From positions 44,551-108,550 of the forward strand of contig REEL01000088.1 of the NCBI GenBank assembly GCA_007695095.1: a DNA stretch of 64,000 nucleotides, read 5' to 3'. The notes below the pieces were generated by a model. That model was not told the DNA's origin. It was given only the letters and a program-made list of their open reading frames with translations, and did not search any database. Source of the stretch: Chitinophagaceae bacterium (GTDB lineage Bacteria; Bacteroidota; Bacteroidia; Chitinophagales; REEL01). Within the stretch, counting starts at the first letter, position 1. Every line of letters begins with the position of its first letter. The translations under genes were made by a program, and so were the position numbers. Below are positions 63,362 through 64,000 of the stretch, in pieces.

Positions 63362-64000
63362 AGAATTTGGGAATAAGGATAATGATACATTAATTATACT
63401 TCATGGGCTGTTTGGTTCATTGGATAACTGGCAAACGCTTGCCAGGAAATTCGGAGAAACCTATCATGTTTTCACAATCGATCAGCGAAATCACGGCAAA
63501 TCTATTCACACGGAAGAACATTCTTATGAATTAATGGCTGAGGACCTAAACTCCTTTTTAGAGCAACAGGGTCTTGATCAGGTATTTATAATCGGGCATT
63601 CTATGGGAGGCAAAACCTTACTTCAATTCATGATTGACTTTCCACATAAGCTAAAAAAAGGAATTTGTGTAGATATGAGTTACAAAGAATATCAAAGTGG
63701 TCATGATGTAATATTTGATGCATTAAAATCTGTTCAGGTTGAAAAAATTGAATCCAGAAATGATGCTGATAAAATACTCTCTGAAAAAATTTCACATGCC
63801 GGTATACGTCAATTTCTTCTTAAAAATATAGACCGGACAAATAACGGGTCTTATAAATGGAAAATGAATCTTAAAGCACTTGATAATCATTATGATTCGA
63901 TTTTAAAAAGTATCATTCCGCCGATTCCGGTCAATCTGCCGATTCTATTTATTAAAGGTGAAAAATCTGATTATTTACAGATGGATGATATAGACGATAT
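63342..64000 (+). CDS. Alpha/beta-hydrolase-fold protein, N-terminal ~219 codons (runs off the right window edge)
   Basis: Absent from the track because there is no stop in the window. Manual translation from ATG 63342 gives MVELNYKEFGNKDNDTLIILHGLFGSLDNW...DQRNHGKS...FIIGHSMGGK (nucleophile elbow GHSMGG). It overlaps the ispE end by 20 nt. Confidence 0.8.
   Translation, partial: MVELNYKEFGNKDNDTLIILHGLFGSLDNWQTLARKFGETYHVFTIDQRNHGKSIHTEEHSYELMAEDLNSFLEQQGLDQVFIIGHSMGGKTLLQFMIDFPHKLKKGICVDMSYKEYQSGHDVIFDALKSVQVEKIESRNDADKILSEKISHAGIRQFLLKNIDRTNNGSYKWKMNLKALDNHYDSILKSIIPPIPVNLPILFIKGEKSDYLQMDDIDD

Overview
This is an AT-rich chromosomal segment. It is almost certainly from a Bacteroidota genome. 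The evidence is five proteins with type IX secretion (T9SS) C-terminal sorting domains, an SprB-repeat adhesin, two TonB-dependent receptors, a fused SecDF, and TAnnTTTG-type -7 boxes.

I can support about 55 protein-coding genes, 2 tRNAs (Leu-TAA and Gly-GCC, minus strand), three hairpin terminators and several intergenic repeat structures. I recognised no rRNA, CRISPR array, integrase, transposase, reverse transcriptase or canonical defence gene.

Most of the window is housekeeping: menB, gpmI, topA, guaA, secDF, lon, ilvE, rdgB, a yggS-like gene and ispE.

The accessory-looking part is about 11.6-24.5 kb. It holds four secreted paralogs that share a ~70-aa N-terminal module. Three of them carry a C-terminal FISUMP (lectin-fold) domain. 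They are interleaved with a 1320-aa SprB-repeat/P-domain adhesin, another T9SS cargo protein and a divergently transcribed helical-repeat protein.

The most unusual non-genic structure is a tandem pair of ~180-200-bp modules at 50.7-51.2 kb, between the convergent 3' ends of secDF and an anti-sigma gene. In each module a conserved short hydrophobic ORF (MKKSEIRTLLK...) is bracketed by 16-nt inverted arms. This looks like a type I toxin-antitoxin locus or a small membrane peptide locus, but that is inference only.

Other points of note:
- GC-rich word-repeat fields occur at 0.5-1.3 kb and 24.2-24.5 kb and share a 48-nt element in opposite orientations.
- An ECF sigma factor is paired with an anti-sigma-like protein fused to an outer-membrane beta-barrel.
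- Several genes sit without their usual partners: an Lhr-type helicase without a ligase, a DUF58 protein without MoxR, and TrkA without TrkH.

I cannot show from sequence alone that any of these is a new system. All functional calls come from motif recognition by eye, with no searches run.
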